Part shown: positions 8,787 to 16,797 of the stretch, in pieces
Position numbering within the stretch: the stretch's first letter is position 1
How the letters are laid out: each line of letters begins with the position of its first letter
NCBI RefSeq assembly: GCF_036453445.1
Contig: NZ_JAZHUX010000001.1
From: Lactimicrobium sp.
GTDB taxonomy: Bacteria > Bacillota_I > Bacilli_A > Erysipelotrichales > Erysipelotrichaceae
Length of the DNA stretch: 64,000 nucleotides
Strand: one strand, 5' to 3'
Program-made: the position numbers and the translations under genes
The notes under the pieces: generated by a model
What the model saw: only the letters and a program-made list of their open reading frames with translations
Database searches by the model: none
Told to the model about the DNA's origin: nothing

Positions 8787-9473
8787 TTACCGGCTGCGTG
8801 AAGACAGGTGGTGAGTGCGCCGGATATACAGGTCATAGAACAGACTGCCTGTCTGTCCCTCTTTTGGATAATCATCCTCAGAAAGATCCAGGGAATAGCG
8901 GTCATAGGCATTAATCAGCTTTGTGCCGGCCGGATGGATAATCTCACGCTTGAATGGTGCGCCATAACTGGCATGAACATGGCCATATGCCATGTACTTC
9001 GGCCCCCATCTTGTTAAAAGATCATTGAAACAGGCAAAACCGCGGTGAGCCAGATCTTCCCCATCCCCATAGCCAAGACACGGGGCATGGCTGACAAGCA
9101 GATCAAAGCCGCCTGTAAACCGTAACATGCCCTCCATGTGGCGGATCCGCTTGCTCATCTGCTTTTCCGTATACATATCCTTCCCGCTGTGATAGCGCAT
9201 CGAACCGCCAAGGCCAAGTATCCGCAGACCGTGAAAGTTGTATACCGTATCGTCGATATCAATACAGCCCATGGGCGGATGCACATCATAGTGATGGTCA
9301 TGGTTGCCGCGCACATACAGCAGCGGCTTATTGGCAGCCGTGGTCAGATACTCCAGATAATCCGCAGAAAGATCACCGCAGGAAATGATCAGATCATATG
9401 CATCTGTCTTGTCAGGTGTCCAGTAATCCCACAATCCCTTTTCTTCTACATCAGACAATAACAGAAGCTTCAT
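8787..9473 (-). CDS. Calcineurin-like metallophosphoesterase
   Basis: Motifs SDVE, CGD, GNHD, SHAP, GHVH. ATGA overlap with the upstream gene. Confidence 0.85.
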   Translation of the reverse strand: MKLLLLSDVEEKGLWDYWTPDKTDAYDLIISCGDLSADYLEYLTTAANKPLLYVRGNHDHHYDVHPPMGCIDIDDTVYNFHGLRILGLGGSMRYHSGKDMYTEKQMSKRIRHMEGMLRFTGGFDLLVSHAPCLGYGDGEDLAHRGFACFNDLLTRWGPKYMAYGHVHASYGAPFKREIIHPAGTKLINAYDRYSLDLSEDDYPKEGQTGSLFYDLYIRRTHHLSSRSR

Positions 9474-11320
9474 TGCGCCTCCATCTGTTTGATTTCAGCA
9501 GCCGTCTTCTCATCATATTCATGCATTTCAGGTATCTTTCCTTCCACATTCTCATACAGCCAGTCCATGGCCAGAATCTGCCCGGCATCCAATGCCCCAT
9601 GGCTGTTTCTCACATTGCCAGCCTGGTCTTTCAGCTCACCAGAGAAAATGGCAAAATCATCACAGAGAAGCGCATTCTTCAAGGCATCCATCAGCCGCAC
9701 AGAGCAAGATGGCAGGCCATCTGCACAATGCAGATCAATCACACCGGACTTCAGTCCCCACCACTGGCTGTGCATGCCAGGCTTGATGCCCTGAATGATA
9801 TTATGAATCAGTTTTTCATAAAAGGCACCCCAGTTGCGCACCGGTGCAGCCAGATGAATCACTTTGCCATTCTCTCTGCGGCAAAGGCCGTATTCCGGTT
9901 CATCACGGTCCGGAAAGATCAGGTCCCTGGCCGCATACAGCGTAATGTTTTCCTTTGCAAACAAAGCGGCACTATCCACATCTTTCTGATCGGCCCAGAC
10001 TGCTTTCACTTTAATATCCGGACGGACCATCTGTGCACCAATGGCAAAGGCATTGACTTCTGCTGCTGTGCCATACACAGGCGAGGGCACCAGATAGCCA
10101 ATGTGATCGGTATTACTGAGCTGAGCTGCCAGAGCACCCATCAGAAACTTCACTTCAAAATCACGGGTGGCATAGGAATGCAGCGAATGGTTCTCCAAAA
10201 ATAACGAGCAGTTGTAAATCTGCACCTGTGGATGCAGGATTGCCTGCCGCAGGGCAGCGGTTCTCTGCAGGATGCTGGTAGTAAAGATCACCTGTGCTCC
10301 TTTGGCAATGGCATCATTGATAGCCGCTTCGGTATCTTCATCTTTGTCACAGCTGTCATAAACCATTGTCTTCACAATGCCGTCAAACACATTCTCGATG
10401 TAAATGCGGCCGATTTCATGATCCGAGACAGCACTGTCACTCTGCTTCGTCGGATAAATAAAGGCTGTATACAAAGGATTGCGCTCACTGTAGGCAGGAT
10501 TGAAATTCAGCAGGCTGAACCGCTTTTCCTTTGCATCCACCGGTGCCATCTGCACGCCTGCCTGCTGACAGGAGCCAAGCATCAGTTCCTTCTGCAGGCC
10601 CGCAATACGCCGGGCAATGGAAGCGCGGGAATAATCCAGCAGACTGTCAAACTGATAGGTCAGAAGATAGACAAGAAAGGCATCTCCTGGTGTAAGAGAG
10701 ACTTTGTCACTTTTCATCTGCTGATAGACACCCTCAAAGCGGAAATAGCCGCCCTGAACAGTATGAATCAGATCCGCAGGCCATGGCGTCACCAGATCCC
10801 GGTTTAACAATGCGGCAAGCCGCTTATAGCTGCCAGGCTTTGTGAACTGAATATTGTAGATCGGACAGACCTTGTAAAAGGAAAGAAACTCCTGATAGAC
10901 AGCTGGCATATCATCACACATCACTCTGGTGACATCAGCCATGATGGAAGGATTGCCAAGATACTTCATGACGGAAACACGCTTGTTGCCTTCCTGCACA
11001 TAGAAGCGGCCCAGATACTCCTTGACCTGAATGGGATCATCAATGCCGCTGTCTGTCTGCACCTGCCAGACATTCATCCACTTGCGGGCAAACTCACTTC
11101 CCTCCGGCATGACCGGCATATAATTGCCGGCAAAGGATACCGTCCGCATCTGTGTCACTGTACCCGTCACAAGAGACAGCGGGATCTCCATGACACCCAG
11201 CGGGATCTGCTGACAGGTGCCTTTGACAATGTCATCGAGAACAGCAAGCTTTTCCCCGTGCTTTACTGCTTTTTCACCCTCTTTGTGGGCTTTTTGATAT
11301 TCCTGCAGAGCTTCACTCAT
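9470..11320 (-). CDS. ParB/Srx-like N-terminal domain fused to a BMP/PnrA-type substrate-binding domain, no signal peptide
   Basis: DPIQVKEYLGRFYVQEGNKRVSV resembles the ParB/Srx GxxR motif. The C-terminal half has BMP motifs (AFIYP...HEIGR, FLMGALAA, HIGYL, NAFAIGA, W+GLKSGVIDL). Confidence 0.75.
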   Translation of the reverse strand: MSEALQEYQKAHKEGEKAVKHGEKLAVLDDIVKGTCQQIPLGVMEIPLSLVTGTVTQMRTVSFAGNYMPVMPEGSEFARKWMNVWQVQTDSGIDDPIQVKEYLGRFYVQEGNKRVSVMKYLGNPSIMADVTRVMCDDMPAVYQEFLSFYKVCPIYNIQFTKPGSYKRLAALLNRDLVTPWPADLIHTVQGGYFRFEGVYQQMKSDKVSLTPGDAFLVYLLTYQFDSLLDYSRASIARRIAGLQKELMLGSCQQAGVQMAPVDAKEKRFSLLNFNPAYSERNPLYTAFIYPTKQSDSAVSDHEIGRIYIENVFDGIVKTMVYDSCDKDEDTEAAINDAIAKGAQVIFTTSILQRTAALRQAILHPQVQIYNCSLFLENHSLHSYATRDFEVKFLMGALAAQLSNTDHIGYLVPSPVYGTAAEVNAFAIGAQMVRPDIKVKAVWADQKDVDSAALFAKENITLYAARDLIFPDRDEPEYGLCRRENGKVIHLAAPVRNWGAFYEKLIHNIIQGIKPGMHSQWWGLKSGVIDLHCADGLPSCSVRLMDALKNALLCDDFAIFSGELKDQAGNVRNSHGALDAGQILAMDWLYENVEGKIPEMHEYDEKTAAEIKQMEAQ

Positions 11321-11352
11321 ACGTCCTTCTCCCTTTTGTTCTCAATTATATG

Positions 11353-11379
11353 AAAAAAGATGGCTGTTACACCATCTTT
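11353..11379 (-). terminator. Intrinsic terminator after the PDZ gene
   Basis: AAAGATGG / CCATCTTT stem with U-tract on the minus strand. Confidence 0.65.
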
Positions 11380-11402
11380 GCAAGTGACATCACAAACAGA
11401 TC

Positions 11403-12365
11403 TCACGCTTTTTCATTGTCTGAAGATGAAACACTGTTCTTGGAAATCAAAATCACTTCTGCAGTTGTTTCCTGGCCATCCCGCTTCAATGTCAGTGTCA
11501 CCTTGTCGCCAACATCCTTATCGGCAATGTATTCAGCCAGTGTGCTGACACTTGTCACTTCTGTGTTATCCACTTTGACAATCCGGTCACCGACCTTCAC
11601 ACCGGCATCGGCGGCATTGGATTCATCCGCAATGGCAACAACATACACGCCGCCCTCCTGATCATCCGATGCTGTTACCTGCTGCACAGTGATGCCAAGA
11701 GCTGCCTTGGATGCAAACGGATTGGTGGAATCACTGCCATTACCATTCTGTGTGCCCTGTGAAGGGGAAGCCGAAGAAGAACCATCCGTTCCATCAGAAC
11801 CAGAACTGCCGGAGCCATTGGAGCCCTGCGATCCATTATTGTCAAACTGAGAAGGCAGCTGCTCAAAGAACTTCTCCATCTCTTCCCGTTCTGCAGAAGT
11901 ATCGTTCTTCCGGCTTCCAAGGCCTGTATAGTTGGCCACAACACCGCCGCCAAAGCCGCATCCAAAGCACAATGCACAGATGCCGATAATCGTCCATACC
12001 TTCTTGTGGTTAACCTTCTTTTTAGCAGGCTTTGCGGGCTTTGGTGCTTCTGTCTTTGGCGCAGACGAAACTGTCTTGCCAGCGGTTTTCATCTCTGCTG
12101 TATTTTCTGTCTTAGCTTCTGAAGCAGCAGATGCCTCTGTCTTTTCTTCGCCCTTTTCGGTATGTTCTTCTGACTTAGCTTCTGCAGATGCTGGTTCAGC
12201 AGATTCTGCCTTTTCCTGTGACTTTGCAGTATTGTCCACAGATGTCAGCTGCTGGGTTTTATCAGTCTGCCCAGAAGAAGACACTGTCTTTTCAGCAGAT
12301 GATTCCTGCTTTGCGTCTTTGTTTTCTTCTGTATTTTTCTTTTCGTTATCGATATTTTCTGCCAT
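11403..12365 (-). CDS. Membrane-anchored PDZ-domain protein (HtrA-like layout without a protease domain)
   Basis: SD GAAGGAG before MAENID; charged low-complexity N-terminus; TM helix WTIIGICALCFGCGFGGG; Ser/Gly linker; PDZ (ALGIT...GVYV...AGVKVGDRIVKVD). Confidence 0.8.
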   Translation of the reverse strand: MAENIDNEKKNTEENKDAKQESSAEKTVSSSGQTDKTQQLTSVDNTAKSQEKAESAEPASAEAKSEEHTEKGEEKTEASAASEAKTENTAEMKTAGKTVSSAPKTEAPKPAKPAKKKVNHKKVWTIIGICALCFGCGFGGGVVANYTGLGSRKNDTSAEREEMEKFFEQLPSQFDNNGSQGSNGSGSSGSDGTDGSSSASPSQGTQNGNGSDSTNPFASKAALGITVQQVTASDDQEGGVYVVAIADESNAADAGVKVGDRIVKVDNTEVTSVSTLAEYIADKDVGDKVTLTLKRDGQETTAEVILISKNSVSSSDNEKA

Positions 12366-12459
12366 GTCTCTCACTCCTTCTGTGTTTGCAGATACATGGT
12401 ACCTGTCTTTTGTGAACACTGCATGAACAACAGAAGGATGTCAGACGATAATTGCCTGC

Positions 12460-13518
12460 TTACTGCAGCTTCATATCACCGTCTTTGATCCAGCCAAGAT
12501 GCTTCTCCAGGCGGCAGAACAATACGGACAGCACCGCCGGCAGCACAAAGCAGATCAGGATCATACCAAGCCAGTCCATACCAGTGATGCTTGTCTTCAG
12601 GCCGTTTTCAATATCACTGATCCAGCCGGTGTAGATGCCGATCTGGCCGACAAAGCCGCAGGTTCCCATACCGGAAGAGACAGCCGGGCCATTGTTCTGC
12701 AGATGGAAGACACAGGTGGCAAGTGGGCCGGTGATCGCGCTGGCAAAAATCGGAGGCAGCCAGATTCTTGGATTCTTGATGATATTGGGCATCTGCAGCA
12801 TGCTGGTGCCAATTCCCTGCGAAACAAGTCCGCCAACGCCGTTTTCCTTGTAGGACATGATGGCAAAGCCAACCATCTGCGCGCAGCATCCAGCCACGGC
12901 GGCGCCCCCGGCCAGTCCGGTCAGAGAAAGGGCGGCACAGATGGCTGCAGAAGAAATCGGCAGCGTCAATGCAATGCCTGTTACAACAGCCACAATCATT
13001 CCCATGACAAGCGGCTGCTGTTCGGTTGCCCACATGATGACGGAGCCAAGTGAAGATGCCGCTGCACCAATGGCCGGTGCCCACAGCATACTCAAACCAG
13101 CACCAACGATCAGTGTCACTGCCGGCGTAACCAGAATATCAATCTTTGTTTCACCGGAGACAAGCTTGCCGCACTCCGTTGCAATGATGGCAATGATGTA
13201 AACAGCCAGAGGACCGCCGGCCCCGCCCAGACTGTTGGCAGCAGCACCGACACCTACCATGGTAAACAAAACAAGCTGCGGGGCATGCAGTGCCCAGGCA
13301 ATGGAGGCTGCCATTGCCGCACCGGCTGCACCGGAGGCATAGCTGCCAATGTCAGAAAGGAAGGACAGATGCAGCTGGGTGCCAGCTGTCGAAAGAATCG
13401 TTCCAATCAGCAGGGAAGCGAAAAGCCCCTTTGCCATCGCTCCCATCGCATCAATCAAATAGCGGTCTGCAGAGACAACCACGTCCTTGCGGGCCAGAAA
13501 ACGCCTTACATTTTCCAT
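12460..13518 (-). CDS. PTS EIIC_2-like (PfoR-like) integral membrane transporter
   Basis: Gly/Ala-rich multi-TM protein with motifs LPISSAAI and GTSMLQMPNI; SD GGGGAGAAAG before MENVRR. Confidence 0.75.
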   Translation of the reverse strand: MENVRRFLARKDVVVSADRYLIDAMGAMAKGLFASLLIGTILSTAGTQLHLSFLSDIGSYASGAAGAAMAASIAWALHAPQLVLFTMVGVGAAANSLGGAGGPLAVYIIAIIATECGKLVSGETKIDILVTPAVTLIVGAGLSMLWAPAIGAAASSLGSVIMWATEQQPLVMGMIVAVVTGIALTLPISSAAICAALSLTGLAGGAAVAGCCAQMVGFAIMSYKENGVGGLVSQGIGTSMLQMPNIIKNPRIWLPPIFASAITGPLATCVFHLQNNGPAVSSGMGTCGFVGQIGIYTGWISDIENGLKTSITGMDWLGMILICFVLPAVLSVLFCRLEKHLGWIKDGDMKLQ

Positions 13519-13568
13519 ATCTTTCTCCCCTTGAACATGTTCCGTTATACAACAGGAGAAAACATTTG

Positions 13569-13611
13569 TATAGTCATTCTGACTATACTTTATTGTCAGA
13601 ATGACTATCAA
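13569..13611 (-). promoter_or_regulatory. Promoter (TTGATA-18-TATAGT) covered by a tandem palindromic operator
   Basis: TAGTCA-TTC-TGACTA (13571-13585) and TTGTCA-GAA-TGACTA (13593-13607), 22 bp apart. Confidence 0.7.
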
Positions 13612-13623
13612 ATAATCAGTCAC

Positions 13624-13652
13624 AAAAAAAACAGCAGACATTTCCTGCTGTT
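13624..13652 (-). terminator. Intrinsic terminator after the MFS gene
   Basis: AACAGCAG / CTGCTGTT stem with an 8-nt U-tract on the minus strand. Confidence 0.75.
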
Positions 13653-13680
13653 AACATGAATCCTGTCCGCAAAAACACTC

Positions 13681-14880
13681 TCATGCCTTTACCGGTACTT
13701 TATTGCTCATGAAAATCACAATGACACTGCCAATCACACAGAAGACAAAGCTGAGCAGCACCAGCAGATGCGGCCCAAATGCATCCAGGATCATGCCGCC
13801 GGACACATTGGCAATAATGCCGGACGCCATCATCATGATGGTAAACATAGACTGTCCCTTGACGGCTTCTCCCGCCTTCATTCTTTCGCCTGTATACTGC
13901 ACAATGGCAGGATAGAACAGGCCGTATGCCATGAAAGAAAGCAGCTGTGACACATAAACAAGAGTCACATTGCCAGCCAGCAGAACAAGCAGTGCCTTGA
14001 GTGAAAAGCCAATCATGGATACCTGCAGGGCATGGGCTGCAGAAAGCCTTCTGCGCAGCCAGTCAAAGCTGACCATAGCAGGGATTTCCATGGCAGCTCC
14101 AAGGGCAAACAGATTACCCATATCTGTGACCGTACCGCCCAAAGGCTTGATCACCTGCAGCATGAATGAACCTATGATGTAATTGTAGTAGTACATGACC
14201 ATGATGCCGATATTCAGCACCAGGAATGCCTTGTTATTTCTGATGAAGTCTTTGAGCGTAATGCGCTCTTCCTCTTTGGGTTCCACATGAGATGAAGATG
14301 TCTGTGGCCCAAGATGTTTTTTCAAAAGGAAGATGCTTATCAGCAATAGAATCAACGAGAATATCGTAGCACCGGGAATGGAATTGATGCCTGCTTTTTC
14401 TATCACGACGCCCAGAACAGCAGTCATGATGGCATACAGCAGAGATCCGGCGGCTCTGCACAAGCCAAAATTAAGCTGAATGCCATATCCCTGAATCCGA
14501 AAAACAAGTGTATTTACAAGCGGCTGCAGAAGCAGATCAAACACAAGAGCCAGCACATAGCAGATAAACAGGGCAGCACTGTGACCATGCAGAATCATCA
14601 GAAAGATGCACATCAGGCCGGTCAGAAAGGCAAGCAGTGAAATCAGCTGGGTCAGTGTAACCTTTTTCGTGCGGTCTGCGAAGTCAGCCAGCCCTGGTGA
14701 TAAAAGAACAGTTAACAGATTTGCACCGGACATTACCAGACCGACTTCCGTGTTGGAAAAACCATTGGCCAGCAGGAATACCGAAAGGAAAGCACCTACA
14801 CCGGCATACATTGTAGAGTAAAAGCCCTGAATACCAGCATAGTCCAGTGTCAGTCGTGTTTTCAGTTTTTTCTGGTTCAT
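13681..14880 (-). CDS. MFS transporter (LacY/MFS_1_like, sugar or nucleoside type)
   Basis: About 12 TM segments; PGLADFADRTKK loop; FGLCRAAGSLLY; AAMEIPAM. Start chosen at MNQKK (SD GAAGGGA). Confidence 0.85.
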   Translation of the reverse strand: MNQKKLKTRLTLDYAGIQGFYSTMYAGVGAFLSVFLLANGFSNTEVGLVMSGANLLTVLLSPGLADFADRTKKVTLTQLISLLAFLTGLMCIFLMILHGHSAALFICYVLALVFDLLLQPLVNTLVFRIQGYGIQLNFGLCRAAGSLLYAIMTAVLGVVIEKAGINSIPGATIFSLILLLISIFLLKKHLGPQTSSSHVEPKEEERITLKDFIRNNKAFLVLNIGIMVMYYYNYIIGSFMLQVIKPLGGTVTDMGNLFALGAAMEIPAMVSFDWLRRRLSAAHALQVSMIGFSLKALLVLLAGNVTLVYVSQLLSFMAYGLFYPAIVQYTGERMKAGEAVKGQSMFTIMMMASGIIANVSGGMILDAFGPHLLVLLSFVFCVIGSVIVIFMSNKVPVKA

Positions 14881-14962
14881 ATCCAAATCTTCCCTTCTGC
14901 AGCAATGCGGCCATAGCGTACCACACTGCCTGTGGGCATACAACAGAGTAAAGAAAACTTAC

Positions 14963-15685
14963 TCAATGGATTTCGGGATCTTCATAGCACTCACAATAGC
15001 GGGCCATGAAAGATGGCTTTTCACCCTTTGCATACAGGTGGGAAACATCACCAAAGCTGCTGATCCGGAAAGACGCAGTTCCTTTTACTCTTTCCTCGGT
15101 ATAGATGGTTGTCACACTGGATGGTGCTGCGCAGAATCCATGCCAGATGATCATCGGGGATACATTCAGCAGATGGGACAGCAGCACACATTCAAGACCA
15201 AAATGACAGAACAGGGCAATGGTATCGTGATTGCTGGCAACGGCATCATACAAATATCCATTGCGCTGATAGCCGTGCTTAGCCAGCAATTCATCAAAGC
15301 TGGAAACAACATGGTCATACTTTGCTTTCAGATCCACTGCCTCAAAAGCAGGATTTTCTGTCCAGTGATCCTTGTCAAAGAAGCGCTCATCCTGAGTCCA
15401 GACAGCAGGACGCCAGTCCCATGGCCTTGTTGGTTCAGTTTCATCGGTATGAACAACCGGAATATGAAACTCCTTCAGCCAGTCCAGTGTCACTGCCTGA
15501 CGATTCATTTTCTTCAGTGTACAGGAAGCCGTAGCCTGTGCCCTGCCCATCGGTGAAACATAAAAATAGTCGATCTTTTCCTTTGCCAGCCGCTCCGCAA
15601 GATACTCCGCCTCACGCCATCCCTTCTCTGTCAGGCTGTCATGTGCATAGTCTGGCTCACAATGCCGCACCACCAGTATTCTCAT
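14963..15685 (-). CDS. Histidine phosphatase (phosphoglycerate mutase) family protein
   Basis: VVRHCEPDY (RHG-like), VSPMGRAQAT, FCHFG; SD GGAGG. Confidence 0.85.
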   Translation of the reverse strand: MRILVVRHCEPDYAHDSLTEKGWREAEYLAERLAKEKIDYFYVSPMGRAQATASCTLKKMNRQAVTLDWLKEFHIPVVHTDETEPTRPWDWRPAVWTQDERFFDKDHWTENPAFEAVDLKAKYDHVVSSFDELLAKHGYQRNGYLYDAVASNHDTIALFCHFGLECVLLSHLLNVSPMIIWHGFCAAPSSVTTIYTEERVKGTASFRISSFGDVSHLYAKGEKPSFMARYCECYEDPEIH

Positions 15686-15705
15686 TCCAATTCCTCCCAA
15701 TCTCA

Positions 15706-15734
15706 TTGAAAACAAAATACATCTCGATTATAAT
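15706..15734 (+). promoter_or_regulatory. Sigma-A promoter of tRNA-Thr (TTGAAA-17-TATAAT)
   Basis: Near-consensus hexamers with 17-bp spacer. Confidence 0.8.
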
Positions 15735-15750
15735 ATCAAAGCTGTCATTT

Positions 15751-15823
15751 GCCGACTTAGCTCAGTTGGTAGAGCAACTCATTCGTAATGAGTAGGTCGT
15801 TGGTTCGATTCCGATAGTCGGCA
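15751..15823 (+). tRNA. tRNA-Thr(CGT)
   Basis: GCCGACT/AGTCGGC acceptor stem; ACTCA-TTCGTAA-TGAGT anticodon arm; GGTTCGATT T-loop; CCA not encoded. Confidence 0.95.
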
Positions 15824-15828
15824 CCTCA

Positions 15829-15859
15829 GAAAAGCCCTTGAATAAAGGGTTTTTCTTTT
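15829..15859 (+). terminator. Intrinsic terminator after tRNA-Thr
   Basis: GAAAAGCCCTT / AAGGGTTTTTC stem followed by T-tract. Confidence 0.8.
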
Positions 15860-16066
15860 GTTCGATATAATGTACATTCACAAAATCAGCTTCCAGGTAC
15901 ATCAAATGTTTTTTATTTTTGCAGAAATAATCCAGCAAATCCTCTGCAAGGCATATTTATATTACGATTTACAGTATCATCACAATATCAATAAGCGGCT
16001 TATCCGCGGTTCATTTTCATCATCTGTCTGCTGTCATTTCTTTGCTTTTTCAGCATGCGGACAACG

Positions 16067-16095
16067 TTGCCCCTTTTTCATGTTTCTCATATACT
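16067..16095 (+). promoter_or_regulatory. Sigma-A promoter of the Crp/Fnr gene (TTGCCC-17-TATACT)
   Basis: The -10 ends 6 nt before ATG 16102. Confidence 0.55.
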
Positions 16096-16101
16096 AAGGA
16101 C

Positions 16102-16797
16102 ATGGATCACGATAAAGAGTGCCCTTATCGGGCAAAAAATGAATACTGTACACATGCCATTCGTCTGTTTCAGAAGCTGCCGGAAGAAGATCAGGCTTCG
16201 CTGGTGGCACATGCGATGCACATCAAACGGCCGCGCGGTTCCATTCTGGCCGAAGAGAACAGCGAAATCGATGCGGTTGTCATCATCCGCAGAGGCAAGG
16301 TGAAAACCAGAAGAATTGATACCAATGGTGAGGAACATATTCTGGATGTCCTGCATGACGGCCAGGCAATCTGGCATGGCATGTTTCTGGAGGATCATGT
16401 CTACCACTATGATGTTGTGGCTCTGACGGATGTTTCTCTATGTCTGATCAAACGTTCTGATTTTATTGCCGTGCTTTCTGAGCACCCCTCTACGGCTTTA
16501 TATCTGATTGAAATGCTTTCTACGGAACTGCAGGATGCCAATGAGAAAGCTTACCTGCTGTCTCTGCATGCAGTGGATGACCGGGTCGGTCAGTTTCTGC
16601 TGTTTCGTGATGCCCGCTGCATTGGCAAGGAGATTGAGCTTAAGCTGGATGACATTGCAGCATCCATCAGTTTACGGCCTGAGACCGTCTCCCGGGTAAT
16701 CACAAAGTTTGAAAAAGAAGGTGCCGTAAGAAGACTGGGCCATGGCAAGCTGCTTGTCATAGACCGCAGGAAGCTTTCTGCGCTATCTCATGCCTGA
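16102..16797 (+). CDS. Crp/Fnr family transcriptional regulator
   Basis: cNMP-binding-like beta-barrel (IRRGKVK...ILDVLHDG) and C-terminal HTH (IAASISLRPETVSRVITKF); N-terminal CPY...YC. Confidence 0.9.
   Translation: MDHDKECPYRAKNEYCTHAIRLFQKLPEEDQASLVAHAMHIKRPRGSILAEENSEIDAVVIIRRGKVKTRRIDTNGEEHILDVLHDGQAIWHGMFLEDHVYHYDVVALTDVSLCLIKRSDFIAVLSEHPSTALYLIEMLSTELQDANEKAYLLSLHAVDDRVGQFLLFRDARCIGKEIELKLDDIAASISLRPETVSRVITKFEKEGAVRRLGHGKLLVIDRRKLSALSHA

Noticed and set aside
11700-12365. Low-complexity Ser/Gly/Glu/Lys tracts (also at 41950-42400 and 7500-7850) as tandem repeats or CRISPR
   Set aside because: They encode disordered linkers; there is no constant repeat unit and no spacers.
14963-15685. 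RHC instead of RHG in the histidine phosphatase
   Set aside because: The catalytic Arg-His and the distal His are intact; a minor family variation.
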